From Pseudobdellovibrionaceae bacterium (lineage in GTDB: Bacteria; Bdellovibrionota; FAC87; UBA2466): a stretch of 39,487 nucleotides of DNA. The stretch is from the NCBI GenBank assembly GCA_023250715.1, contig JAHFAF010000012.1, positions 1 through 39,487 of the forward strand, written 5' to 3'. Position 1 is the stretch's first letter. The number at the start of each line of letters is the position of its first letter. The notes beneath the pieces were generated by a model. It had not been told where the DNA came from. It saw only the letters and a list, made by a program, of their open reading frames with translations, and searched no databases. The position numbers and the translations under genes were made by a program. Shown piece after piece: positions 8,901 through 15,251 of this stretch.

Positions 8901-11421
8901 AAAGCGCGTGCTGTTGACCGTCGGAGTTAATCACGGCGACTTCCACGGCTCCGGCAATGTGGGACTTTGTTGCAAAAGTGAGGCTGGTATCGCTAGCGAG
9001 AACTACATTGCTAGCATCTTCTCCATCCAACGTAATGCGTACACCCGAAGTGAATCCCGTGCCGACGGCAGTTACGGCCGTTCCGCCATTAGAGGTTCCA
9101 TGATCTGGGGAAATGCTCGTCAAATGCGGGGCCGGAAAGAGGATATAAGTGTACGGTGAAGTGCCTGACTGCCCATCCGTATTCAACACGCGAACGTCTA
9201 CGCTTCCCGCCGCCTCATGCCGCGGAACTTGGCAAACCAATTGGGTAGAACTTACTCGGGTGGTGTCCGTACAGGGCAATCCCCCGACGAATATCTGAAT
9301 TCCCGATAGAAAGTTTGTTCCCGAAACGGTGATATTATTTCCACCGCCCGTAGAGCCAGAGGCCGGGACTACTGCGGAAATGGACGGGGCTGGAACGGTG
9401 ACAAATCGATAAGATCCCAACAAGGAGCCGACGTTCCCGTCCGTGTTCGTTACGGCAACATCTACGGTGCCCGTTGCGTGCTCCGGTGTCTTGCAAGAAA
9501 TTTGCGTATCACTATCGACCACCACGTTGGAAGCACTGTCATTTCCGAATTTGACCGTCGCCCCAAAAACAAACCCGGTTCCCGTAATCGTGACGATCGT
9601 TCCGCCTCCGATAGTTCCAGAAACCGGCGAAAGGGACGTAACGGAAGGAGCAGGAAGACTAACGTAATTGAATCCATCGGCTTTCGCGCCCGATCGAAGA
9701 TCCGTATTTGTTACTTTGACCTCCGCGATCCCAGCCGCGTGAGGCGAAGTAAGACAGCTCATCTGGGAAGAGGAAATCAAAATAGAGTGAGAACAGGGTT
9801 GCCCGCCAACCTGAATGTTCGCTCCATTCAAGAATCCGGATCCGTTCACGGTAATCGGAGTGCTGCCACCTGTCGTGCCTTGCGCAGGGATCACTTGGGT
9901 GACTGTCGGCGGATCGGAGTCGGAGTAGGTGAAGGCATTACTCAGCTCGGAAAATTGCCCGTCGGTATTGGTAACCCTCGCCGCAACAGCTCCCGCGGCA
10001 TGGTTCCGCGTAAGGCAGGTCAGCTTAATGGAAGATTCGACGACAACATCGTCGCAGATACTATTATCGAGTTTCGCAATAGCACCCGGAAGGAAGTTAA
10101 GACCATTAATAACGATCTGCGTTCTACCACCTGTCGTGCCTTGAGCAGGAACGACGGATAAGACAGCCGGCGCAGGAGGAGTGCCGTAGGTGAACCCACC
10201 GCTTAGAGTTCCGGATTGGAAATCACTGTTTGTGAAAACAACGGAAACCGGCCCTTCGGCGTGCGCTGGAGTAACACAACTTGCTTCCGTCGAAGAACGG
10301 ACGACTGCGGAGCCGCAGGGAGTGCCATCTAGAAAAATTGTTGCCGAGGGATAAAAATTCGATCCCCGCAGGGTAATACTGGTTCCGCCGCCCTTGGTTC
10401 CCGTATTCGGAACCACCTGACTGACCTGAGGAGGCGAAACGACGACATAGGTGAAGCCCGCACCCAATGTAGCTTTCTGTCCGTCGTCACTATTTGTGAC
10501 CTCGACGGCCACAGCACCAGCGGCATGCGTGGAAGAGTTGCAAAGAATTGTCGTGCTAGTGAGACTCGTAATCACGCAAGGGGATCCGCCAAAGGAAACG
10601 GAGGCTCCCGGCTTGAAGTTTTTACCGACGAGAGTCATCGGAGTTCCGCCGCCGGCAAGACCCGATGTTGGACTAACGCTGGAAAGAGTCGGCCCGGCTT
10701 GGTATCGATAACCTCCCACTAACAATGAAGTTTGATTATCGTCGCTAATGTATTCGACATCCACCGTAAGAGCTTCGCTCACGGCCGGAGTGGTACATCG
10801 TACTCGGGTTCCCGAATCCACGCTCACGGAAAGACAATCTTGGTTTCCGATTCGTACGGCACCCCCAGAAGAAAATCCTGATCCCGTAAGAGTGACTTCC
10901 GTTCCGCCCGAGATCCGGCCGGCTACGGGGCTCACGGAGGCCAACAGGGGAGAGGCACGCCCCGTAACGCTGACCTGAACCGACTGACTAGATAGCCCGT
11001 CGTTAAAGCCCAGAATCATTTGCGAAGAAAAAGACCCGCCGATTTCGGGGGAAAACTCGACGATAACGGTGCAGTGTTCATTTCCTTTCAAAGTCGATTC
11101 GCACGTACCGCCCTGGCCCGGAAAGGACCCGCCTACGAAATACCAGGGCGAGGCGACGCTGCCCTCGAGGTGCGTGGCCACCTTGTCCCCGTCGTTAGTG
11201 ATGACAAAAACTATGTTGGAAGATTGACCGACGTGAAGCGTGCCGAAGGGGAAAGAATGGGAATCCGTGGATTGAATCGAATTGCTACTGATTTTCAGAA
11301 GAGCAAGTTGAGTCTCGATTCCGGGACTGAACACACCGGCGTTCTTGAATCGCTGGCAGGAAGAAAAAGCCAGGACACAAATCAGCCCAAGCGCAAAAAT
11401 GTTACGAGTCGATGGCACCAC
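703..11421 (-). CDS. Giant surface lipoprotein/adhesin: ASH/choice-of-anchor-D Ig domain + 30 IPT/TIG domains + 14 Kelch repeats (3572 aa)
   Basis: GTG start with AAGGGA upstream and lipobox LAFSSC. FPFGTL...VITNDG...GGTC...CTVIVEFSP marks the Ig domain. I counted 30 units of P.(V/L)..V.P..G...GGT.VT(I/L).G.(G/N)F...F.Y and 14 C-terminal WTG..(M/L)..WGG units. Confidence 0.92.
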   Translation of the reverse strand: MVPSTRNIFALGLICVLAFSSCQRFKNAGVFSPGIETQLALLKISSNSIQSTDSHSFPFGTLHVGQSSNIVFVITNDGDKVATHLEGSVASPWYFVGGSFPGQGGTCESTLKGNEHCTVIVEFSPEIGGSFSSQMILGFNDGLSSQSVQVSVTGRASPLLASVSPVAGRISGGTEVTLTGSGFSSGGAVRIGNQDCLSVSVDSGTRVRCTTPAVSEALTVDVEYISDDNQTSLLVGGYRYQAGPTLSSVSPTSGLAGGGTPMTLVGKNFKPGASVSFGGSPCVITSLTSTTILCNSSTHAAGAVAVEVTNSDDGQKATLGAGFTYVVVSPPQVSQVVPNTGTKGGGTSITLRGSNFYPSATIFLDGTPCGSAVVRSSTEASCVTPAHAEGPVSVVFTNSDFQSGTLSGGFTYGTPPAPAVLSVVPAQGTTGGRTQIVINGLNFLPGAIAKLDNSICDDVVVESSIKLTCLTRNHAAGAVAARVTNTDGQFSELSNAFTYSDSDPPTVTQVIPAQGTTGGSTPITVNGSGFLNGANIQVGGQPCSHSILISSSQMSCLTSPHAAGIAEVKVTNTDLRSGAKADGFNYVSLPAPSVTSLSPVSGTIGGGTIVTITGTGFVFGATVKFGNDSASNVVVDSDTQISCKTPEHATGTVDVAVTNTDGNVGSLLGSYRFVTVPAPSISAVVPASGSTGGGNNITVSGTNFLSGIQIFVGGLPCTDTTRVSSTQLVCQVPRHEAAGSVDVRVLNTDGQSGTSPYTYILFPAPHLTSISPDHGTSNGGTAVTAVGTGFTSGVRITLDGEDASNVVLASDTSLTFATKSHIAGAVEVAVINSDGQQHALSNAFTFILPPNVGSVSPSSGSTSGGQSLTITGNDFKDGATVQLGSKSCTPVLFDSASQLRCTSPSQTDEGSYTITVVNPDGQSSSKTGLFTYVFPPPSLTSLSVSEGALVGGTSVDLNGGGFRSPVSVKFGNKSVSNVTFVDSTKVTIITPSQEVAGGVDVELTNGDGQKRSLTSAFTYKDAPTLDTVTPATGLANVNTLLTITGVGLNELSTVKVDGRPCTSVAVLETNTKISCVAPTGTASATAVDLVVTDSFNQSRTKPQAFRYTSPPPTLSGADILEGPLAGGSLVTLTGANFVTGASVKVGAIAAPDTTVVDSTHVRFHTPGVAQAVSATIELTNADAQVVTYPQPFIYKDAPIIDSVTPATGLSGGGSVLTIVGSGLRSTDTVKLIGAAEIGSGSNCGPVNLVVTNTTISCVTSSHAAGVVNVVVTDSYGQVRVKLSAFQYVNPAPTLSGADVLEGPLAGGTLVTLTGTGFLGSSVKVGGVSSSDPVVVDSTHVRFHTPPATAAASSSIELTNSDGQNVTYPQNFVYKDAPVVDSVAPATGTVLGGTVLTIVGTGLRSSDTVKLIGAAELGSGSSCGPVNLVATNTTISCVTSVHGAGQVNVVVTDSYGQSRVKQNAFTYTNPPPTLSGADVLEGPMAGGTLVTLTGTGFLSGASVKVGGISSTDPVVVDSTHVSFHTPAATTAGNATIQLTNGDGQIVEYPLPFVYKDAPVVDTVVPAIGLVGGGDALTINGSGLRSSDTVILKSTTDTVGVACGPVNVVVPSTKITCLTGAHAAGLVNVVVTDAFGQARTKLSAFTYLNAAPTLTGINIQAGPPAGGTDFTLTGTGFFGTVSVAFGGAGATTVVRVNGTTVTGKTPAGPDLTSPPIVLTNGDGQTASLSGQFTYRNPPHVTSVSPNHGSTGGGTSITITGTGFLASPTVQIDGKAVTGVVRVNDTTITAVTPRNTAIGAKGVFIQNSDNQSDTLSGGYTYEISSAPSIATVLPVAGNPAPVVPTILTITGTNFLSGVSVKVADVDCPIVTFSATILTCAAANHALSGTTPFPADVKITNLDDQNTIRTGAFIYRMAPDATGINPGSGPVAGNAVVTITGLRFYPNAQVKFKLGNSEALATSVVVVNENTITARTPASPTNGTGVMDVVVINEEGQSDSTSPSYFYAPPPTLTSISPTIGNSAGGSLVTITGTNILDTSTAEINGLPCTNPIPNPPLSMTCLTPAFSGGVNPASVAIKNPGPQTATNGAVLFTYKSNFTVDGIALSGGAIAGGTHVTISGSGFFPGVTVTFVNPGTGAQAVATNVQVVSANSITADTPPPPSGLVIPGATHVKVTFGLDLSGQLSNGYTYQRAPTVSGTNPTSGTSGGGTSVVISGADFLPSPAVSIGGVNCPVTSSSGTSITCETGAHAVGGAPVVVTNWDTQSSSNNVQYSYVNSPAPTIISRTPTAGPVAGGASMTIDGTGFLPKLTVDFGGAFVAPSDLSITSTQITAKIPAHASGTVTVTVKNTDNKTATTTYDYNLAPALSSLSVTSGDPAGGFSIDVLGSNFITKPTVKLNGSALAASFVTFVNSGKLTVSMPAHTEGAVAVTLVNPDGQTTSGALTFTYRFAPVISGVTPAGGAVEGGTEITLSGSKFSTGATVALVTSSGDKPCAVNGALSNDTQIVCTTSSLWYEELVGARVQNSDGQTKVLSATFKYQYAPSVGSVDPWALSTDGTIDGVAPMVVTINGNYFLTSPALPTVSYQNMNGSITTSACTVTSATSTQIQCNLAPHPPADYASVTVTNWDGQSVTRTYVGYFHERPGITSISPPSGTTLGGTPLTISGTNFPAVSVTIGGQICEITGSSYNQVQCTTPPGVKGAASLVLTNSQNLRTIGTFTYAPPPTLTSLTPAFGQSGTSITLTGAEFSSPTVLIGGSDSPAVNGTVCPIVGTPTSTQIICTVPSGAIGPADVIVKNGDNQVSSNHASAPKFIYDGQAWVTMSSSPLSGVSKIQSSVVWTGSQMIVWGGTMSVQVGAMYDPITDSWTSTPVTANTPTPRQDHTAVWTGREMIVWGGQAHEGSSYPAVNNGGRFDPVSQTWIKTTTTGAPSPKMMHVAVWTGKHMLVWGGSSGSAAPGGMYDPSKDANGNSVNAWTAMSTTNAPTGYSIGYWAGNIGVWTGKELVVWGGDGGSCFAGTDVGGRFDPYDGPNGTWRSTTMAGAPTKRQGHSMVWTGREVLVWGGISGYTGGGCPGATYFNDGRRYDPVNDIWSPMTVSGAPTVRAGVQAQWTGKQLVIWGGYNGTGGAATNTGGLYDPSLDNAAGTSTTAWTTMVNPAAEVVGRAAYASAWTGKEFLMWGGWNGGAVGTGARYTPPITNLSNTWVQISSTNGTGAPEARYGHAAVWTGSKMIIWGGNTDVSTYLGTGGIYDPATDSWSAVDISDINAPTARNGFSYAWTGRHMIIWGGSSTAGYLGDGAMFDPVGTGASTWIAIENTGAPSARFGHLSVWTGREFIVWGGSGNYEFDPVSNSSTQAKVSGARLDPYNGFSVGGVGTWTTMSTTNVPTSRYGGASVVWTGRDMIIWGGGFSNGSNTGGKYSPDTDTWVTTTTTGAPSARTNHVAVWTGRRMLIWGGGYKLTDGAMYDPYSGGYSGQGSWVAMSNTNVPVGRVLLYDSVNTIPSVWTGSKLFIYGATDGSLYQGQTKLFDPNVGANGTWYDGAFATAYRRGHSGVFTGRQVILWGGNCNGNLNTGYSYTP
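6485..8100 (-). repeat. Three tandem ~540-bp copies of a two-IPT-domain unit (more diverged fourth copy to ~8620)
   Basis: TCACATGGGT recurs at 6861, 7401 and 7938, and CAAATTTACCGG at 7141 and 7678. The protein unit PTLSGAD(I/V)LEGP...YKDAP(I/V)(I/V)D repeats. Confidence 0.9.
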
Positions 11422-11516
11422 GCCCGTTAAGTCCCTTTTGAAATCGAGTCAATTTTGGAATGAATTCGGATGTAGCAGAAATGGGGAGCAGAACGATAAA
11501 CGCGCAACGAGGAACT

Positions 11517-11529
11517 TGCTACAGTAGCA
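11517..11529. promoter_or_regulatory. Palindromic operator TGCTAC-A-GTAGCA over the predicted start site of the giant gene
   Basis: Perfect 6-1-6 inverted repeat 2 nt downstream of the TATAAT box. Confidence 0.5.
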
Positions 11530-11531
11530 TT

Positions 11532-11560
11532 ATTATACGGGAATTGCCTTACTGCGTCAA
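11532..11560 (-). promoter_or_regulatory. sigma70 promoter of the giant lipoprotein gene
   Basis: Minus strand TTGACG-17 nt-TATAAT. A second weaker one, TTGACC-18-TACACT, lies at 11580..11609. Confidence 0.8.
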
Positions 11561-11617
11561 TGAAGCGATGACATTTAGTAGTGTATTTTCAGATGGTTAC
11601 AGTGGTCAATTATGAAG

Positions 11618-12628
11618 CTAAGGGGAAGAGAAGGTATAGAGTAGGCCTAGCCCTCCCCCTGCCCAAAATCTAGCTTGGTTCAGAATCGTGTTGCGCGTGA
11701 GTTGATAACTGTAGTGCCCGCCGATTTTGATCCAGACTTCGTCGGAGAGAGTGGCATAAGCGCTGATATCCACCCCATGTGCGTAACCGGAAAAAGAACT
11801 CACCTCGCTGGAAAGGGTGGAGAGAAAATAACTTCCGTATCCCATCACTCCTATCGTCAGCGCTTTGGAAAGAGGCTCTTCATAACTCAACCTCAAACCA
11901 ACAGAAGTTGCGGGCACATCGAAAATAGCCAAGTTGTCAGTGCTCACCTCGCGAACAAAGGGAAGTTCTTCGAGATCGAGCTTCAGTCCCAATCGGAAAC
12001 GGTGGCTTGAAAACGGATACCACCCGAGATCCAACTCACCGCCCACCAGATTGAGCTGATTCACAGGGAGCGCTTGCCCTTCCGGTGCGATCATTTCGTA
12101 ATGTTGGAGCCCGACACCCAAACGAAGATCAACTTTAGCGGAAAGAGGAACGAATCCCGCGATATCGACGCCATATATCGTCGGAGAATCCGATGCGGCC
12201 GCCCCTCCCCCCGTGGCGTTGTCTTGGAAGGAGGTATCACTCACCGCAAAATACGGATCGATGAGAATGCGCGTTTGCCGGGAGAACGAAGTTGTTAAAC
12301 TACTCTTGCCATTTACAGAAGCAATTTGCCGAACGATTAATTTCTCGCGCACGCGAGGATCCTTTACCTCGCCCTTGAGCTCTTTCAATACAGACTGGTC
12401 CGAAATTTTTAGGACCGTTCTCCGCACTTTCTCCAAAATTTGATCCTGCGCATTCGCGGGATAAAGCGGGAGCATCTTGTCCAAAAGAAGAAGGAGCTTG
12501 GGATAATCCTCGTTCTTCATCGCTGCTTTCGCATCTCGAATGAGCAGCGCTTTCTGGGAATCACTGGGATCGGCAAACGCCGGCGTCGCCAGAAAAAACA
12601 GGGTCAGAATGTGCGCCCAAGCTCCCAT
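11618..12628 (-). CDS. Outer-membrane beta-barrel protein with N-terminal TPR-like helical domain
   Basis: Signal peptide MGAWAHILTLFFLATPAFA; helical segment AKAAMKNEDYPKLLLLLDKMLPLYP; then about 10 amphipathic strands ending GLGLLYTF near the C-terminus. Confidence 0.72.
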   Translation of the reverse strand: MGAWAHILTLFFLATPAFADPSDSQKALLIRDAKAAMKNEDYPKLLLLLDKMLPLYPANAQDQILEKVRRTVLKISDQSVLKELKGEVKDPRVREKLIVRQIASVNGKSSLTTSFSRQTRILIDPYFAVSDTSFQDNATGGGAAASDSPTIYGVDIAGFVPLSAKVDLRLGVGLQHYEMIAPEGQALPVNQLNLVGGELDLGWYPFSSHRFRLGLKLDLEELPFVREVSTDNLAIFDVPATSVGLRLSYEEPLSKALTIGVMGYGSYFLSTLSSEVSSFSGYAHGVDISAYATLSDEVWIKIGGHYSYQLTRNTILNQARFWAGGGLGLLYTFSSP

Positions 12629-12653
12629 ACAATACGCGGACCCGCGCTTCTTC

Positions 12654-12680
12654 GTATCGGCAAAAAACGTAACTTTCTTA
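12654..12680 (-). promoter_or_regulatory. sigma28 (FliA)-type promoter of the barrel gene
   Basis: Minus strand TAAG-15 nt-GCCGATAC against the consensus TAAA-N15-GCCGATAA, 25 nt upstream of the ATG. Confidence 0.7.
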
Positions 12681-12699
12681 AGGGCTTTCTTAAGGGCTT
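12673..12699. repeat. 12-bp tandem repeat CTTTCTTAAGGG x2.25 overlapping the sigma28 -35 box
   Basis: ctttcttaaggg ctttcttaaggg ctt, read directly. Confidence 0.8.
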
Positions 12700-12995
12700 G
12701 GGATTACCGGGCGCCTTTTTCGGGGCGGCTCCAAACGGCGAGAGATAAAAGCGATTTAATGCTGAATGTCCTTGACGGTTTTTTGAGGATATCGACGAGT
12801 ATTTTGGAAAATAGCGTAAGAAGCCACTCTCTCGATGACAGGAGTCGCCCCGAAAAAAGAGAAGGTCCAAAAACCATGAAAATCGACGAAGCAACCCCTA
12901 CCACCCAAAAGACTCGCCGATCCCCCCCAGCCTAAGCTAGTCTGCGACAGTGGTGACATTTTGTGTCCTAGCGCACGCTGTGTTAGCTTACGAAA

Positions 12996-14135
12996 ATGGA
13001 AATGGCTGACGAGACCTTTCAACGATTCTCCGAACTCGACCTCCCGGAGGCCCTTCACCGAGGCCTCGAAAAGATGAAATTTACGGAGCCAACGCCCGTA
13101 CAGGCCGCGACCATTCCAACGGCTCTAAAGGGCAAGGATGTGATGGGAATCGCGCAAACGGGAACGGGAAAGACGGCTGCTTTCGGAATTCCCATGTTGA
13201 CGAGGCTTCACGACGATCGTTACCCGATTGGCCTCGTATTGGCTCCCACTCGGGAGCTCGCGGCTCAGATTCATAAGGTGCTCGAGCAAATGGCGGGGCA
13301 AGGCCTGAAGATAAATGGCTCGCTCGTGGTAGGAGGGGAGTCCTTTCGAAAGCAGTCCAATCAATACGATAGAGGGATTGATTACATCGTAGCCACACCC
13401 GGCCGCCTCATCGATCATTTGCGACAAAAAAGTGTTTCATTGGAGAGAGCGGAAATTCTTGTCTTGGATGAAGTGGATAGAATTCTCGATATGGGGTTTG
13501 CTCCCCAGATTGAAGAAATCATGCGCCACGTTCCGAAAAAGCGCCAAACCATGCTCTTTTCGGCCACCCTCCCCCCGGAAATTCAAAACTTAGCGGCACG
13601 ATTTCTTCACCACCCCCTTCATGTAAGCATAGGTGGGCCCGTCGCAAAGCCCGTCGATCAGATCGAAGAACAGACGGTGGAAACGACAGCCGCGGCAAAA
13701 CAAGGTTTGTTGATCAAGCATCTGCAGGAAAAAAAGGGGAAGGTTCTTATTTTCGTAAAAACGAAGGATCGCTGCGAAATTCTATTCAAGGTTCTGAACC
13801 GCGAGGGATTCGGCTGCGTTCGCCTGCATGGGGATTGTTCTCAAGGCGAGAGAAAAAAGGCGCTCGAGGACTTCAAGCAGGGGCGCCCCGCCATTATGGT
13901 CGCCACCGATCTGGCCGGCCGCGGAATTGATATCGTCGATATCGAGCATGTGATCAATTACGATCTTCCCCATAGCCGCGAGGACTACATCCACCGCATC
14001 GGCCGAACAGCGCGGGCTGGAAGATCGGGAACGGCGCTAAATTTTCTCACCCCTGGCGATATCGACGGCTATTACGCTATCATGAACAAGAAAGCCCCCA
14101 AGCGAGTAGTATTCCGGTCCCATCGCAAGAGGTAA
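12996..14135 (+). CDS. DEAD-box ATP-dependent RNA helicase (RhlE-like)
   Basis: Q motif (PTPVQ), AQTGTGKT, PTRELA, TPGR, DEVD, SAT, HRIGRTARAG, and a short basic tail. Confidence 0.95.
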   Translation: MEMADETFQRFSELDLPEALHRGLEKMKFTEPTPVQAATIPTALKGKDVMGIAQTGTGKTAAFGIPMLTRLHDDRYPIGLVLAPTRELAAQIHKVLEQMAGQGLKINGSLVVGGESFRKQSNQYDRGIDYIVATPGRLIDHLRQKSVSLERAEILVLDEVDRILDMGFAPQIEEIMRHVPKKRQTMLFSATLPPEIQNLAARFLHHPLHVSIGGPVAKPVDQIEEQTVETTAAAKQGLLIKHLQEKKGKVLIFVKTKDRCEILFKVLNREGFGCVRLHGDCSQGERKKALEDFKQGRPAIMVATDLAGRGIDIVDIEHVINYDLPHSREDYIHRIGRTARAGRSGTALNFLTPGDIDGYYAIMNKKAPKRVVFRSHRKR

Positions 14136-14138
14136 TGA

Positions 14139-14531
14139 ATGCCCGACGACAAAAAAGATGACAATTATTGGAAGGGTAAACTTTCCCCGGAAGAATTCCA
14201 GATCACACGAAAAAAGGGGACTGAGCGAGCCTTCACGGGGGAGTACAACGCTTGTAAAGATCCCGGAACCTACCTCTGCAAGTGTTGCGGTGAGCCTCTA
14301 TTTTCCTCCGATGCCAAATTCGATTCTGGGACCGGATGGCCGAGCTTCTTCAAGCCGTTGGAGAAACAGGTCGAGTCCGAAGATGATTCCAGTTTTTTCA
14401 TGAAACGCACCGAAGTGCATTGCCGCAAATGCGGCGCACACCTGGGCCACGTTTTCGACGATGGACCGGAGCCCACCGGAAAACGCTACTGTATCAATTC
14501 CCTTTCTTTGAAGCTCGAGAAGAAGACGTAG
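14139..14531 (+). CDS. msrB: Peptide-methionine (R)-S-oxide reductase, cytoplasmic
   Basis: GTERAFTG, CxxC pairs, [24 protein letters not shown]. Confidence 0.97.
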   Translation: MPDDKKDDNYWKGKLSPEEFQITRKKGTERAFTGEYNACKDPGTYLCKCCGEPLFSSDAKFDSGTGWPSFFKPLEKQVESEDDSSFFMKRTEVHCRKCGAHLGHVFDDGPEPTGKRYCINSLSLKLEKKT

Positions 14532-15147
14532 AAGGATCAAGAACCGATCTTTGAGTATCGACCATCTTTACATAGATCCGCGCCATATCGACCGCATCAC
14601 TGAGTGCCGTATGAAGCGCCCCTTCGCGGATTCCATAATGCTTGATGATTTTCGACGTCGAGGCGGTTCCCTGCGGCAGGACTCCGCAATCGATAAGAAA
14701 CCTTGCCGCTCCCGTCACGTCGATCGTGTGGTGATGGAATCTTTGATTCATAAATTCCCAGCCAAACGTTCGCGTCAATAATGGAATATCGAGTGCACTC
14801 AAACTTTTTCCAAGAAGAATGGGGCGTTCTCCACCGAAAAATTTCTTAATCTTCGGTGAATCGAGATAGTCCGCCACTTCCTGGCGCAGTTTGGATACTG
14901 CAATACCATCGGAATTAGCCCGGCGAATAAGCCCTTCATTGTGCTCGATCACCCAGGGGTTTAACCTGGGCTTCAACTCCTCGAAGGCGGGGCACTGCAC
15001 GAGCCACTCCACCCCGGATTCCTCGAGCACAAGGCCTTCTTGCACATCGATCGGAACAAATGCCAACTGAATCAGGAGGCAATCCTCGGTTAACCCAGTG
15101 GCTTCGGTATCAAGACTCAAGTAGCGATGAGTATTCGGATCGGCCAT
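14494..15147 (-). CDS. DEDDh 3'-5' exonuclease (DnaQ/oligoribonuclease-like)
   Basis: [10 protein letters not shown] (ExoI), ALDIPLL (ExoII), HTALSD (ExoIII). ATG 15147 chosen; TTG 15156 is possible. Confidence 0.85.
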   Translation of the reverse strand: MADPNTHRYLSLDTEATGLTEDCLLIQLAFVPIDVQEGLVLEESGVEWLVQCPAFEELKPRLNPWVIEHNEGLIRRANSDGIAVSKLRQEVADYLDSPKIKKFFGGERPILLGKSLSALDIPLLTRTFGWEFMNQRFHHHTIDVTGAARFLIDCGVLPQGTASTSKIIKHYGIREGALHTALSDAVDMARIYVKMVDTQRSVLDPSTSSSRASKKGN

Positions 15148-15251
15148 TTGAGCCAATATTCACCTAATGCTCGTCAACCGGCAAGTTCTCTGGGATTCCG
15201 AGTCCATTTGGGGTGACGACGCGTTACCGGCCGCAGACTCCTCAAGAATGG

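Noticed and set aside
790-11430. Many plus-strand ORFs (e.g. 2605..3663, 6013..7194) inside the giant gene
   Set aside because: Antisense shadows of a GC-rich, Thr/Val/Gly-biased repeat gene; they show no recognisable motifs.
12540-13058. Short ORFs between the barrel and helicase genes
   Set aside because: They are mutually overlapping with no RBS or motif support; the region is better explained as promoter DNA.
13468-13479. DEVD instead of DEAD in the helicase
   Set aside because: A common DExD variant; all other motifs are normal.
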